A DNA stretch of 64,000 nt from Candidatus Latescibacterota bacterium. Its GTDB lineage: Bacteria; Latescibacterota; UBA2968; GCA-2709665. The stretch covers positions 328,184-392,183 of the forward strand of contig CAXXXF010000004.1 of the NCBI GenBank assembly GCA_963667175.2. Reading direction: 5' to 3'. The position numbers were made by a program, and so were the translations under genes. The notes beneath the pieces are model-generated. The model saw nothing but the letters and a program-made list of their open reading frames with translations. It searched no databases and was not told the DNA's origin. Positions 9,200-18,040 of the stretch are shown here, one piece after another (positions within the stretch are counted from its first letter, which is position 1; each line of letters opens with the position of its first letter).

Positions 9200-10786
9200 T
9201 CACACCGGATCGGACGCGGCATTTCCATAATGCGCCTGCAAAGCCCGTTCCATAGCTTCAATTTCCTCATCCGCAAGACGGCCAAAATGGCTGGCTCGTT
9301 TTCGTGCGGAGAGGCGGCCGCTGTTCTGAATACAGAAGCGAACGAAGAGATCGATCTGTCGATCCGGCATATCGACGATGTTCTGTATCGCTTGTTTGGT
9401 CGCATCGAAGTTTTGCAGAAAGGAAAGTTCGCTGGAAAGTTCGGTATCGATCGTCCGACCGATAAATCGAAAAAGCGCCTCCGCCTGGGGGGTCAGGTCG
9501 ATGTAACGGTACCAGACAGCCGTCTCGTTGTGCACAGCCAGCCTTCCGTGCTGGTCGATCGTATATTCCACCAGCGGCATGAGATTCCGTGAGAACGCGC
9601 TTAGTGAAGCGTCATAGTCGGCTGGATTCTTCAACATGAACGCTGAAATGGGAAACATGACGCTTTCGGGAGTAAAGCCTCGACGCGCAAGAATATTGTG
9701 GATCAAAAACCGGTGGATTCGACCGTTGCCATCCTCGAAGGGGTGAAGAAAGACGAACCCGTAGGCGATGGCGGCAGCCTGAATCACGGGCGAAACGTGA
9801 CCGGATTCCATGCGGCTGTGCGCGGTCATCAGGCCTTCCATCAGGTGGGCCAGATCGTCGGGCTTCGGGGCCACAAAGTGGACATGCTCGCGCTGCCAGG
9901 CCACGCTTTGACCGACGTAATTCTGCGTGATTCGATAGTCGTTGTCGCGGAACCGGGCGTCGACGATGCGGTTCTGCAACTCGACCAGCCGTGGTTTTCG
10001 ACAAAAATCCTCCTGCTCAGCCAATTGGAGCAGGGCCACGAAGCGTTCGGTTCGCGTGGAGGTCGGGTTGATTCGCTCGATTTCAAATGAGGATTTCGTT
10101 TCCTTTGTATACAGATAACTCAATGCGCGCTTCAACAATTCAGGCGAGTAGCGAGAGACCACTTGCCGGCATCTTCTGTGCAACCGGTCCATTTCCACGT
10201 TGCGAAGGGTGTCGGTACGACGAATTGTCGGACAGAATCGCGGTTCACCCGGCAGGTTGTCATTGATCCGTTGACGGCGGACCGGCCGACCCGGCTTCAC
10301 TGTAAAATAGGCATCCGGATTGAGGAGGTGGATGTAGTTTCCACGCTTCAGGTCAACCAGCGGGAGTGTCCTTCCGGTCAGGAATTCATACAGAAACCAC
10401 AATCGTCTGGCATACTTGCCGGTCGGTTTGGAGCGGAAGTATTCGAGAAGCTTGTCCTCTGGAATTGCCTCGAACAACGCGGCGAGAATCGCGAGATTTG
10501 TGCCGTCGTATTTGAGAGCGAATCTCAGATGGTCGACCGGTGCGTTTCCGGGCCAGTAACGGGGTGGATAGACTTCCGTTACGGCGTCTCCATGGTAATC
10601 GATCCTGCGGGTTCCGCTTGTGGCCACGAGGGACGTGTGCCAATTCGGAATGACGTCAAGATCGTACTGCTCTATCAGAGCGGCATACCCCGCCAGTCTG
10701 TGTTTTACTTGAATTCGATCTTGTTCAGCCATTGTGCATCCTGGGAAAAGAGTTATCGCCTGAGAATTATAGTTATATTTTGACAA
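9200..10786 (-). CDS. Fic family protein
   Basis: 528-aa ORF with canonical Fic motif HPFEDGNGRIHR; probable start at MAEQDR. Confidence 0.9.
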   Translation of the reverse strand: MSKYNYNSQAITLFPGCTMAEQDRIQVKHRLAGYAALIEQYDLDVIPNWHTSLVATSGTRRIDYHGDAVTEVYPPRYWPGNAPVDHLRFALKYDGTNLAILAALFEAIPEDKLLEYFRSKPTGKYARRLWFLYEFLTGRTLPLVDLKRGNYIHLLNPDAYFTVKPGRPVRRQRINDNLPGEPRFCPTIRRTDTLRNVEMDRLHRRCRQVVSRYSPELLKRALSYLYTKETKSSFEIERINPTSTRTERFVALLQLAEQEDFCRKPRLVELQNRIVDARFRDNDYRITQNYVGQSVAWQREHVHFVAPKPDDLAHLMEGLMTAHSRMESGHVSPVIQAAAIAYGFVFLHPFEDGNGRIHRFLIHNILARRGFTPESVMFPISAFMLKNPADYDASLSAFSRNLMPLVEYTIDQHGRLAVHNETAVWYRYIDLTPQAEALFRFIGRTIDTELSSELSFLQNFDATKQAIQNIVDMPDRQIDLFVRFCIQNSGRLSARKRASHFGRLADEEIEAMERALQAHYGNAASDPV

Positions 10787-10836
10787 AATTCAAGAAAAAC
10801 AGTTATGTCCCTTTGATTCAAAAAAACCAGAACTCA

Positions 10837-12815
10837 GTAGAGTCGAGATGTGGCGCGGTGGTTTAGGAGTGGCCTATCTGTTTCCGCCCCTTTCGTCTGG
10901 CGGTGCCTCAATAGCCGCTCCGTGCTCCGTTTCCACGTCCCGCTCATCGAACCGGACGTGCGGATTTACCGCATCCGGCTCTCGGACAAGGAGTCATGCG
11001 TTCGCCCACGGAAGGTTGCGCGCCTGTACTTCCAGCCGGGTCAGGCCCAACGTGTTGTAGAGGACCTGGTCATGGAAGCGTGACCTTCCCTTTCCCGGTA
11101 TTCGGTACTTGTTGCACAACCACCAGCGGAGCCGTTTCCGGGTGTGGCTGTCCACACTCCGATAGGCTTTGCTGGCCAGACCAAGACGGAAGTAGTTGCC
11201 CCACCCTGCCAGCTTTCGGTTCAGGTGGGCAATCCGTTCTTGATGGTCTTTCAGCAACCACCGTCGCGCCGTTGCCTCGCTGATGGCCCGGCAGATGTGC
11301 CGGATGGCCTTCTTTGACGGGCGCGTGCCGATATAGGCCTTTCCCGTCTTTGGCGAGTAACAGCGGCCGATGGTGTAGCCCAGAAAGTCAAATCGTCCTT
11401 CCGGGAGCGTGCATATGCCCGTCTTCTGCTCGTTCACCGTCAACTTAAGCGCTTTCATGATGGATCGCATCGCACGCATCGCTTCTTCTGCACTGCCGCG
11501 ACAGCAGATCACAAAATCATCCGCGTAGTTGACAATATGAGCCTCCAGACGTTGCTGATGTCCCCGAAATTTCCATCCCAGAATGAACCGCCGCATATAC
11601 AGGTTCGCCAACAGCGGGGAGATTGGGGCGCCTTGCGGTGTCCCCCTTCCCTGATCCTTGTTCGGCGTCGCTCGACGTTTGCGGCCCCGCTTGTCGGTCT
11701 CCTCAATCGGCGCGGTCAGCCACAGCTTGATCAGGCGCAGCATTCGCCCGTCACTGATGCGTCGCGCCACCGATTTCATCAACTCGGCATGCGGGATCGT
11801 GTCGAAGTAGCCGCTCAAGTCGGCGTCGATCACCTGCGTATGGCCGCGGCTCACCAGACTGTGAACCGCATTGATGGCGTCGTGCGCACTCCGTTTCGGG
11901 CGATACGCATACTGTTCCGCTGGCAGGTCCGCCTCAAAGATCGGCTCCAAGACCAGCATCGCCGCGGTTTGCACCACCCGATCCTTCACCGTCGGGATGC
12001 CCAACGGCCTTTGCTTCCCGTTCGGCTTGGGGATATATACCCGACGGATCGGAGACACCCGATACGATTTGCTCCTTACGGCTTCCGACAGTTCGCCTAA
12101 CCACCGCTTTTGCCCGTATGACTCGATATCCGCAAACGTCTCGCCGTCCACGCCCGCCGCGCCGCCGTTGGCCTTGCAGCAGCGGTACGCATAAAGCAGG
12201 ATGTCCTCGCGATACACTTTGTCATACAGCGCGTAGAATCGGTAGCCGGGCGATTCCTTCGCTTTGGCATGCAACGTCTTCCGCAACTTCCGAACCTTCT
12301 CCGGAGGTCTTAGGCTCATACCAATCTCCAGGCTCTCGCTCCTTTGACGTTGCCCTTGAACCAAGGCCCCTTCCCTCCACCGGCATTACCCGGCTTCCCG
12401 GGTACTACGGGCCTCTCCGCCACCCCACACGGCCCGGCCTGACCCTCACGGGCGTCCGGTTGGTGTCTATACACCACCGAGGGGGGCTTCCCGTGTTGCG
12501 TCGGAACTCCTTGTATACGTGCCTTCGCCATTACCCCGGCGGGACCGTTGGATGCGCGCGTTGCTCTCTTTTTCCAACGACGGCGGCCTTCCCCGATCCA
12601 TGGGCGGGTCGGCTCCCGCATTACCTTTTTCGAGGCCTGCTCAGCGTTCACTCACGTTTCGGCCCGCATACTCGCCAGGTCGCCTTGCGACCCTCTACAC
12701 CGGAGGCTTCGGAGATGTCGTTGCCTACGTCCCCGCTCCGGTTGCTACCGACCGCAGCAACATTTGTCGGGTGGGACTCTCACCCACTGAAGTTCCGCGC
12801 CTTTTCACGGCGCAC
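10837..12815 (-). mobile_element. Group II intron, copy 1
   Basis: 5' end GTGCGCCGTG at 12815, domain V (GAGCCGGATGCGGTAAATCCGCACGTCCGGTTC), 3' end CTCGACTCTAC at 10837. Removing it restores agaactca|catggataaacaggatgg, matching the repeat copy at 15069 (agaacttatatggatagacgggatgg). Confidence 0.93.
10994..12364 (-). CDS. ltrA: Group II intron reverse transcriptase/maturase (no C-terminal endonuclease)
   Basis: GAAGVDG, RRVYIPK, RPLGIPTVKDRVVQ, GTPQGAPISPLLAN, YADD, FDFLGY, maturase GWGNYF; probable start MSLRPPEK. Confidence 0.95.
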   Translation of the reverse strand: MVQGQRQRSESLEIGMSLRPPEKVRKLRKTLHAKAKESPGYRFYALYDKVYREDILLYAYRCCKANGGAAGVDGETFADIESYGQKRWLGELSEAVRSKSYRVSPIRRVYIPKPNGKQRPLGIPTVKDRVVQTAAMLVLEPIFEADLPAEQYAYRPKRSAHDAINAVHSLVSRGHTQVIDADLSGYFDTIPHAELMKSVARRISDGRMLRLIKLWLTAPIEETDKRGRKRRATPNKDQGRGTPQGAPISPLLANLYMRRFILGWKFRGHQQRLEAHIVNYADDFVICCRGSAEEAMRAMRSIMKALKLTVNEQKTGICTLPEGRFDFLGYTIGRCYSPKTGKAYIGTRPSKKAIRHICRAISEATARRWLLKDHQERIAHLNRKLAGWGNYFRLGLASKAYRSVDSHTRKRLRWWLCNKYRIPGKGRSRFHDQVLYNTLGLTRLEVQARNLPWANA

Positions 12816-13390
12816 CATGGATAAACAGGATGGACAGGATGAAAACCGAAAAGCAAGACAAGCTCACGAAAAAACGAACATCAGAAACTACGAAACACGC
12901 GAAACACACGAAAAAAACACGAAGAAAACCGATCAGGATTTGCAGGATTAGCCTTGATTCGTAGTTCTTCGGGAACGATAATTCAAATAAACGCAGGCGA
13001 ATAAAGGCGATTTGACGTCCGATTTCCACGAACCTTCAGGTCACTGGACGTGAACGGAATAAACGTCGTTCCGGACGACCTTTTTGGGTCCGTTTCGCAA
13101 CGATACCCTTTGTGTCTTTTGTGCTTTTTGTGGCTAATTTAACGGTTGTCTTTTTTCGAATTGAGGTTAGAACCCAGGAGCAGGATGAAAACCGAAAAGC
13201 AAGACAAGCTCACGAAAAAACGAACATCAGAAACTACGAAACACGCGAAAAAAACACGAAGAAAACCGATCAGGATTTACAGGATTTGCAGGATTAGAAA
13301 CCAGGAGCAGGATAAAAACCAATAAGCGCGACAAAGGCGCCAGAAAACGAACATCAGAAACTACGAAACACGCGAAACACACGAAAGATC
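12816..13390 (+). repeat. Array of ~130-bp A-rich units built from 9-nt-periodic modules
   Basis: Modules caggatggacaggatg, acgaaacacgcgaaacacacgaaa, caggatttacaggatttgcaggatta and ccaggagcagg recur at 12816-12951, 13171-13297 and 13298-13386, and again at 15071-15204. Confidence 0.85.
12952..13166. mobile_element. 215-bp MITE, IS1380-like ends, copy 1
   Basis: Ends CCTTGATTCG ... CGAATTGAGG (imperfect TIR), TTAG duplicated at 12948-12951 and 13167-13170. An inverted second copy lies at 29742-29954. Confidence 0.8.
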
Positions 13391-13420
13391 CGTGGCTGAC
13401 CCCATAAATTCACAAAACAG

Positions 13421-15070
13421 TTGTCATGCCCCTTTGGGGCACCCATAATGATGAAAATGGTTGCGTCAACAGACTTGTGTGGTAGGTTGTTGGCCACCAT
13501 AACCCTTGGCTGGTCGAAGGTCGTTTTGTAGATGGTGCTATGAGCCTGAAAAACAGTTGGACCTGGGTATCTGGAGGTATCCATTATTGTCGCCCCCTGT
13601 AAAGGGAGAGCCCGCCAAGTAGACTCTTATCCCAGCAGATACCCGACCAGCCGGATCAGACACAGGAGGCCTGCGATGCATGTCATCTACCCTTGTTGCG
13701 CTGGTTTGGATGTCCACAAAAAGACGGTCGTTGCCTGCCGGATGAAGGCCGAAGGGTCAAAGCCGAGCCGGCGAGAGGTAAAGACCTTCTCCACAATGAC
13801 CCGGCAGTTGCTGGCGTTGAGCGATTGGCTTTCTCAGTGGGGCTGCACCCACGTGGCGATGGAAAGCACCGGCGAGTATTGGAAGCCCATCTTCAACGTG
13901 CTGGAAGCCAACTTTGAAGTCTTGCTGGTCAATGCGCAGCACGTCAAACAGGTGCCAGGACGCAAGACCGATGTCCGGGATGCTGAGTGGCTGGCCGGGC
14001 TGCTGCAACACGGCTTGCTCAAAGCGAGCTTTATCCCCCCTGCCCTCCAGCGGGATTTGCGTGATCTGACGCGGTATCGCACCACATTGGTGCAGGAGCG
14101 CACCCGGGTGATCAATCGGGTGCAGAAGGCTTTGGAGGGCGCCAACATCAAGCTGTCCAGTGTGGCCAGCGATACGCTGGGCGTGTCGGGTCGGGCCATA
14201 CTAAAAGGGCTCATCCAAGGCCAGGAAGATCCAGCAGCGTTAGCGGAGTTGGCCAAGGGCCGCTTGCGCAACAAGAAGGCCGACCTAGAGCAGGCGCTGA
14301 CCGGCTTTTTCCGACCCCACCATCGCTTTTTGTTGAGCCACTTGCTGGTGCATCTGGACTTTCTGGAAACACAACTTTCTCAGCTGTCCGACCAGATCGC
14401 TCAACACATTGAGGCGATGGGTGTGCCCCCAAAAGACCCGCAGCCTCCTTCGGGCGGTTCGCCCAAGCCTGCGCAGTCACCAACCGCCGCCTCGTCCAAG
14501 CCTGCGCAAGCTTCTCGGCTCCTTCCCAATCAGGCCATGGCCTTGTGGGATACGATTCCTGGCGTCAACCAGACCGTGGCCGAGGTTATGGTGGCCGAAA
14601 TGGGCGTGGATATGGGCCGCTTCCCCACCCACCGGCATCTGGCCTCCTGGGTCGGCTTAGCGCCTGGAAACCATGAAAGCGCAGGGAAACGTCAATCGGG
14701 GCGCACCACCAAAGGCAATCCTGCGTTGCGTCTTGCCCTCGTCCAGGCGGCCTGGGCGGCCTCGCGCACCAAAGACACTTATCTGTCCGCTCTCTATCGT
14801 CGGTTGGCCGCACGACGGGGCAAGAAACGCGCCTTGGTGGCAGTGGCTCATTCCATTCTCACAGCCGCCTATCATATGGCCTGTCACACACAACCCTATC
14901 AAGATCCGGGCAGCAACTATTTCGATCAGCGCAAGAAACACGACGTTGTCTCTCGGCTCTCCCATCGCCTGGAAAAGTTGGGGTACAACGTTGCGCTTAC
15001 GCTACAAGCTGCTTAAATAAAAGAAAAACAACAGGATTCTTCGAAATCTGAAAGGTTATTTTCTAAGTAG
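13421..15070 (+). mobile_element. IS110-family element (boundaries inferred; AG core)
   Basis: AG at 13419-13420 and 15069-15070. Deletion gives caaaacAGaacttatatggata, which resembles the repeat-unit head reconstructed at the intron-1 site. ~255-nt 5' non-coding region. Confidence 0.7.
13676..15016 (+). CDS. IS110 family transposase (DEDD recombinase)
   Basis: CAGLDVHK, MESTGEYW, KTDVRDAEW (DEDD); TIPGV, GLAPGNHESAGK, GNPALR, KRALVAVAH; RBS caggagg. Confidence 0.95.
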   Translation: MHVIYPCCAGLDVHKKTVVACRMKAEGSKPSRREVKTFSTMTRQLLALSDWLSQWGCTHVAMESTGEYWKPIFNVLEANFEVLLVNAQHVKQVPGRKTDVRDAEWLAGLLQHGLLKASFIPPALQRDLRDLTRYRTTLVQERTRVINRVQKALEGANIKLSSVASDTLGVSGRAILKGLIQGQEDPAALAELAKGRLRNKKADLEQALTGFFRPHHRFLLSHLLVHLDFLETQLSQLSDQIAQHIEAMGVPPKDPQPPSGGSPKPAQSPTAASSKPAQASRLLPNQAMALWDTIPGVNQTVAEVMVAEMGVDMGRFPTHRHLASWVGLAPGNHESAGKRQSGRTTKGNPALRLALVQAAWAASRTKDTYLSALYRRLAARRGKKRALVAVAHSILTAAYHMACHTQPYQDPGSNYFDQRKKHDVVSRLSHRLEKLGYNVALTLQAA

Positions 15071-15204
15071 AACTTATATGGATAGACGGGATGGACAGGA
15101 TGAAAACCAAGAGGCACGAAAAATGAACATCGAAAACTACGAAATACGCGAAAAAACACGAGGAAAACCGATCAGGATTTACAGGATTAGAAACCAGGAG
15201 CAGG
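15071..15204 (+). repeat. Further copy of the ~130-bp A-rich repeat unit
   Basis: ggatggacaggatgaaaacc...aaactacgaaatacgcgaaa...gatcaggatttacaggattagaaaccaggagcagg. Confidence 0.8.
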
Positions 15205-15381
15205 GCAAATGCTCACTCTTGCAGGCAACAGCGATGAGTCCATCCACCCTGAAACCCCAACGTTTGCCGGCCAGACCGATTTCGGATTCTTAATGGATTT
15301 CGTTACAATCTCCACTGATGTTATTGAAAATCAACCGATTATATAACAAACCCACCGGTTTTCATGACTATTTCGGGCTAA

Positions 15382-15585
15382 ACACATCTGCGCGGACACA
15401 TCGCCGGCATGACGCGATGCGGGCAGACAGGAATGTCTGCCCGCCTGCCGCCTGCCTGCGCCGCTGCGCTTCCCGCGGCAGGCAGGCGCCCGGCCTCCCG
15501 CTACGGAGACAATCGACCGGCTTGTCATTCTGAGCGGAGCGAAGAGCCTCCCGTCTTCTTCTCGATTGTCCGTAACGCAACAACA
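15382..15585. repeat. REP-like palindrome cluster
   Basis: GGGCAGACAGGAATGTCTGCCC palindrome with a nested CCTGCCTG...CAGGCAGG, plus GTCATTCTGAGCGGAGCGAAGA. Related blocks at ~4915-5050 and ~38105-38150. Confidence 0.7.
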
Positions 15586-15614
15586 GGGAATCGGCAACTG
15601 TCAATCCCTACACT

Positions 15615-17987
15615 TCACTCGACCACCCGGAACACCACGTGCCGTTCAGCGATTTGTCCCGTGTAGAGATCCTTCACGCTAACGATCAGCTTGTGGAAAC
15701 CGGCGGGGGTATCGCTGGATTCAATCTGCAGGAAGGTGAAGTCATTCGTCTGATCTCCCTGGTATCGCGCCGTGACCGTCGTCTCGGTGCCTTCCCTTGA
15801 ACGGGGCGTATTCCGGATCTCCTCGGAGATTTTGTTTCGTTCCGGAAGGATGTACCTCACACGATACCTGACGGACTCTTGAATCCCATCCCGCCAGATG
15901 TCGCCCTCGCTTTCAATTACAGGTTCCTCGATGATGGTCCGGACCTCCACCCTGGCGGCGGCGCCCGGCGCGTCCAGGGCGGCGAAGCGTTCGGGAAGGA
16001 TTTCTTCACGGTCCGGCCGGGTCAGCCGATAGGAAATCCGATATTTTGTTCGGCCGAATCTGTCTTTCCTGAGGTTGTAGATCTCGAGATAGATGAAGAC
16101 GGGCTCGGATCGGCCGAAGGTGTGAAGCGGGTTGGGTGTGACAAGCAGATCGTCGCGGCCTTCGGGGAACGCGGTTTTCGGCCGGATCCGGGAGGCCAGC
16201 AGCAGATCGCTCATCACGAGCAACGAATCGTGCGATCCGAATGTTCGCAATTCCCGGAAGGTCCCAATGGATCCCGTACCGCGGTCCCTGATCTCCACAA
16301 CAAGACGATGTTGCCGCGGGGCGACTCGCAGCGTCCGGTATGACACGACGTGGTTGCGCCGCAGACTGTCGCTCTTTGTATCAGTCCCGGTGTCGAATTC
16401 AGGCCACTGCATGGTGACGTCCATCTTCTTCCGGTAGACCTCGTCCCACTGCTCGTCGAACAGAAACACCCCGTCCTCCAGGTTCAGAAGGCCCTCAGGC
16501 TCGTTCACCTGCACCCGCGACTTCGGAATGGCATAGGCGAACTCCACGCGAATACTGTCGCGCTCCTGAAAGGCGGCGATCTGCCGGGGTATCCGGTATT
16601 TCCGGTCACGATAGGGGTCGATGAACCGCTGCGGCGTATCGCGAAACACATGCCGGGAGGGCGGCGAAGGCCGGTTCTGCAGTACCATTCGATTCTTACC
16701 CGAATAAAAGTCGCCCAGGTCATCCCTCCATTGTGTGATGTCGTACATATCCCGACCGTCCGTTACCCGGACATTTGCCAACTGCCCGCCCATGCTCCCT
16801 CCGCCGGCTTTCCCGAGACCGAACCGCCATCCGTCCATCCCGTCGCTGCTTATAAATGAGATTCTAAACGTCTCATAAAACCAGGTCTTCGCCCTGCCCG
16901 TGGAAACTCGCTTAATAAACCGTCCAAACTTGATGAAGGTCTTGCCCGTGTCCGTCCGCCATCCTGCAATTTCCTTGAAAGGCCGGCTGTACCTCAGGTT
17001 GGCGTACGCCACGCGGCCAAAATGCGCCATCTTCCGCTCGTTGAACGACGTCAGAAACAGCGGATCATGCCCGCGCCAGAAACGGTCGCGCGCGACATCC
17101 GGCCAACCGTCACCTCCGTTGTCGGCATACGCGATCGCCTCCGCCATGCGCTTCCGGTCCTCTGCCGACGCAAGAATATCCACGGCCTCGATCATGGCGC
17201 GCTCATCGTTGCTCATCCGCTCCAGGGCAAGCGTGTAAAGGCTGTCCGCCGCGTCCATTTCACCCAGCATCTGGTACCCCAGACCGCAGAACATGAACGC
17301 ATCCTTGTCCTCGGGCGCCTGTTCCAGAAATCGCTTGAAGACCAGGATCATCTCTTCCGGCTGTCCGGTCTCATAATGCAGGAGTCCAAGCTGGTAATAC
17401 GGGCCTCGAAGACCGGGGTCCGCATCAATGCTCTGCTGAAAGTGCGTCCTTGCCCGCTCGAGGTCCTGCATGGCGAAATTCTTCCAGTAGAACATCCTTC
17501 CCAGGTTTTTGTCGATATAGATGAAGGGGTCCTGCCTGTCGATATAGCGTAGATAATCCTGCGCTGCATAATACCCGGCCCAGTACGACGCCTCGGCGTT
17601 CTCCGGCTCCGTGTCCGCCAATTTCTCATAGTGCCGAACGGCATGCCACCAGAACCCCTGTTTGCCGAGCAATTCGCCCAGCGTCATCTGATAGTCCGTG
17701 TTCTCAGGATCGAGCCGCATCGCCTGCTTCAGCGCCTTGCGTGCGCTCTGGCGCGTGAGCGGCGTGTTCATTTCCATGTACAGCCTGGCGATCTCATAGT
17801 GCGCGGGCGCGAATTCCCAGTCCAGCTTCAGTGCGTCCTCAAATGCCTTTATACTCACCTCTGCCGACACTTCGCCAACCTGCGCCATTGCCTCACGATA
17901 AAGCGAATCTGTCCTGGCATCCTTCACCCCGGCGCGTACTTCGCCGGCCGCCAGCATCACCAGCGCCAGGACCACCAGGTGTCTCAT
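15615..17987 (-). CDS. Secreted TPR + GWxTD domain protein (type B)
   Basis: Signal peptide MRHLVVLALVMLAAGEVRA, TPRs, DPLFLTSFNERKMAHFGRVAYAN, GWRTDTGKTFIKFG. Confidence 0.9.
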   Translation of the reverse strand: MRHLVVLALVMLAAGEVRAGVKDARTDSLYREAMAQVGEVSAEVSIKAFEDALKLDWEFAPAHYEIARLYMEMNTPLTRQSARKALKQAMRLDPENTDYQMTLGELLGKQGFWWHAVRHYEKLADTEPENAEASYWAGYYAAQDYLRYIDRQDPFIYIDKNLGRMFYWKNFAMQDLERARTHFQQSIDADPGLRGPYYQLGLLHYETGQPEEMILVFKRFLEQAPEDKDAFMFCGLGYQMLGEMDAADSLYTLALERMSNDERAMIEAVDILASAEDRKRMAEAIAYADNGGDGWPDVARDRFWRGHDPLFLTSFNERKMAHFGRVAYANLRYSRPFKEIAGWRTDTGKTFIKFGRFIKRVSTGRAKTWFYETFRISFISSDGMDGWRFGLGKAGGGSMGGQLANVRVTDGRDMYDITQWRDDLGDFYSGKNRMVLQNRPSPPSRHVFRDTPQRFIDPYRDRKYRIPRQIAAFQERDSIRVEFAYAIPKSRVQVNEPEGLLNLEDGVFLFDEQWDEVYRKKMDVTMQWPEFDTGTDTKSDSLRRNHVVSYRTLRVAPRQHRLVVEIRDRGTGSIGTFRELRTFGSHDSLLVMSDLLLASRIRPKTAFPEGRDDLLVTPNPLHTFGRSEPVFIYLEIYNLRKDRFGRTKYRISYRLTRPDREEILPERFAALDAPGAAARVEVRTIIEEPVIESEGDIWRDGIQESVRYRVRYILPERNKISEEIRNTPRSREGTETTVTARYQGDQTNDFTFLQIESSDTPAGFHKLIVSVKDLYTGQIAERHVVFRVVE

Positions 17988-18040
17988 CGCTTTGACCCTC
18001 CGGCGTCACGTCGGTGAATTCAACCGCGGGTTGTGGCAGT

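Noticed and set aside
10994-12364. Retron or defence-associated RT (RT next to Fic)
   Set aside because: Clear intron 5'/3' ends and domain V are present, and a near-identical copy occurs without Fic.
12118-12951. ORFs overlapping the intron 5' RNA (12118-12951, 12316-12651, 48959-49837)
   Set aside because: They run through structured intron domains and repeats; similarity between copies simply reflects intron duplication.
12816-13390. CRISPR or TIGR-type guide array beside IS110
   Set aside because: Units are degenerate ~130-bp tandem copies without unique constant-length spacers. No cas genes are present, and the neighbouring protein is a full IS110 transposase.
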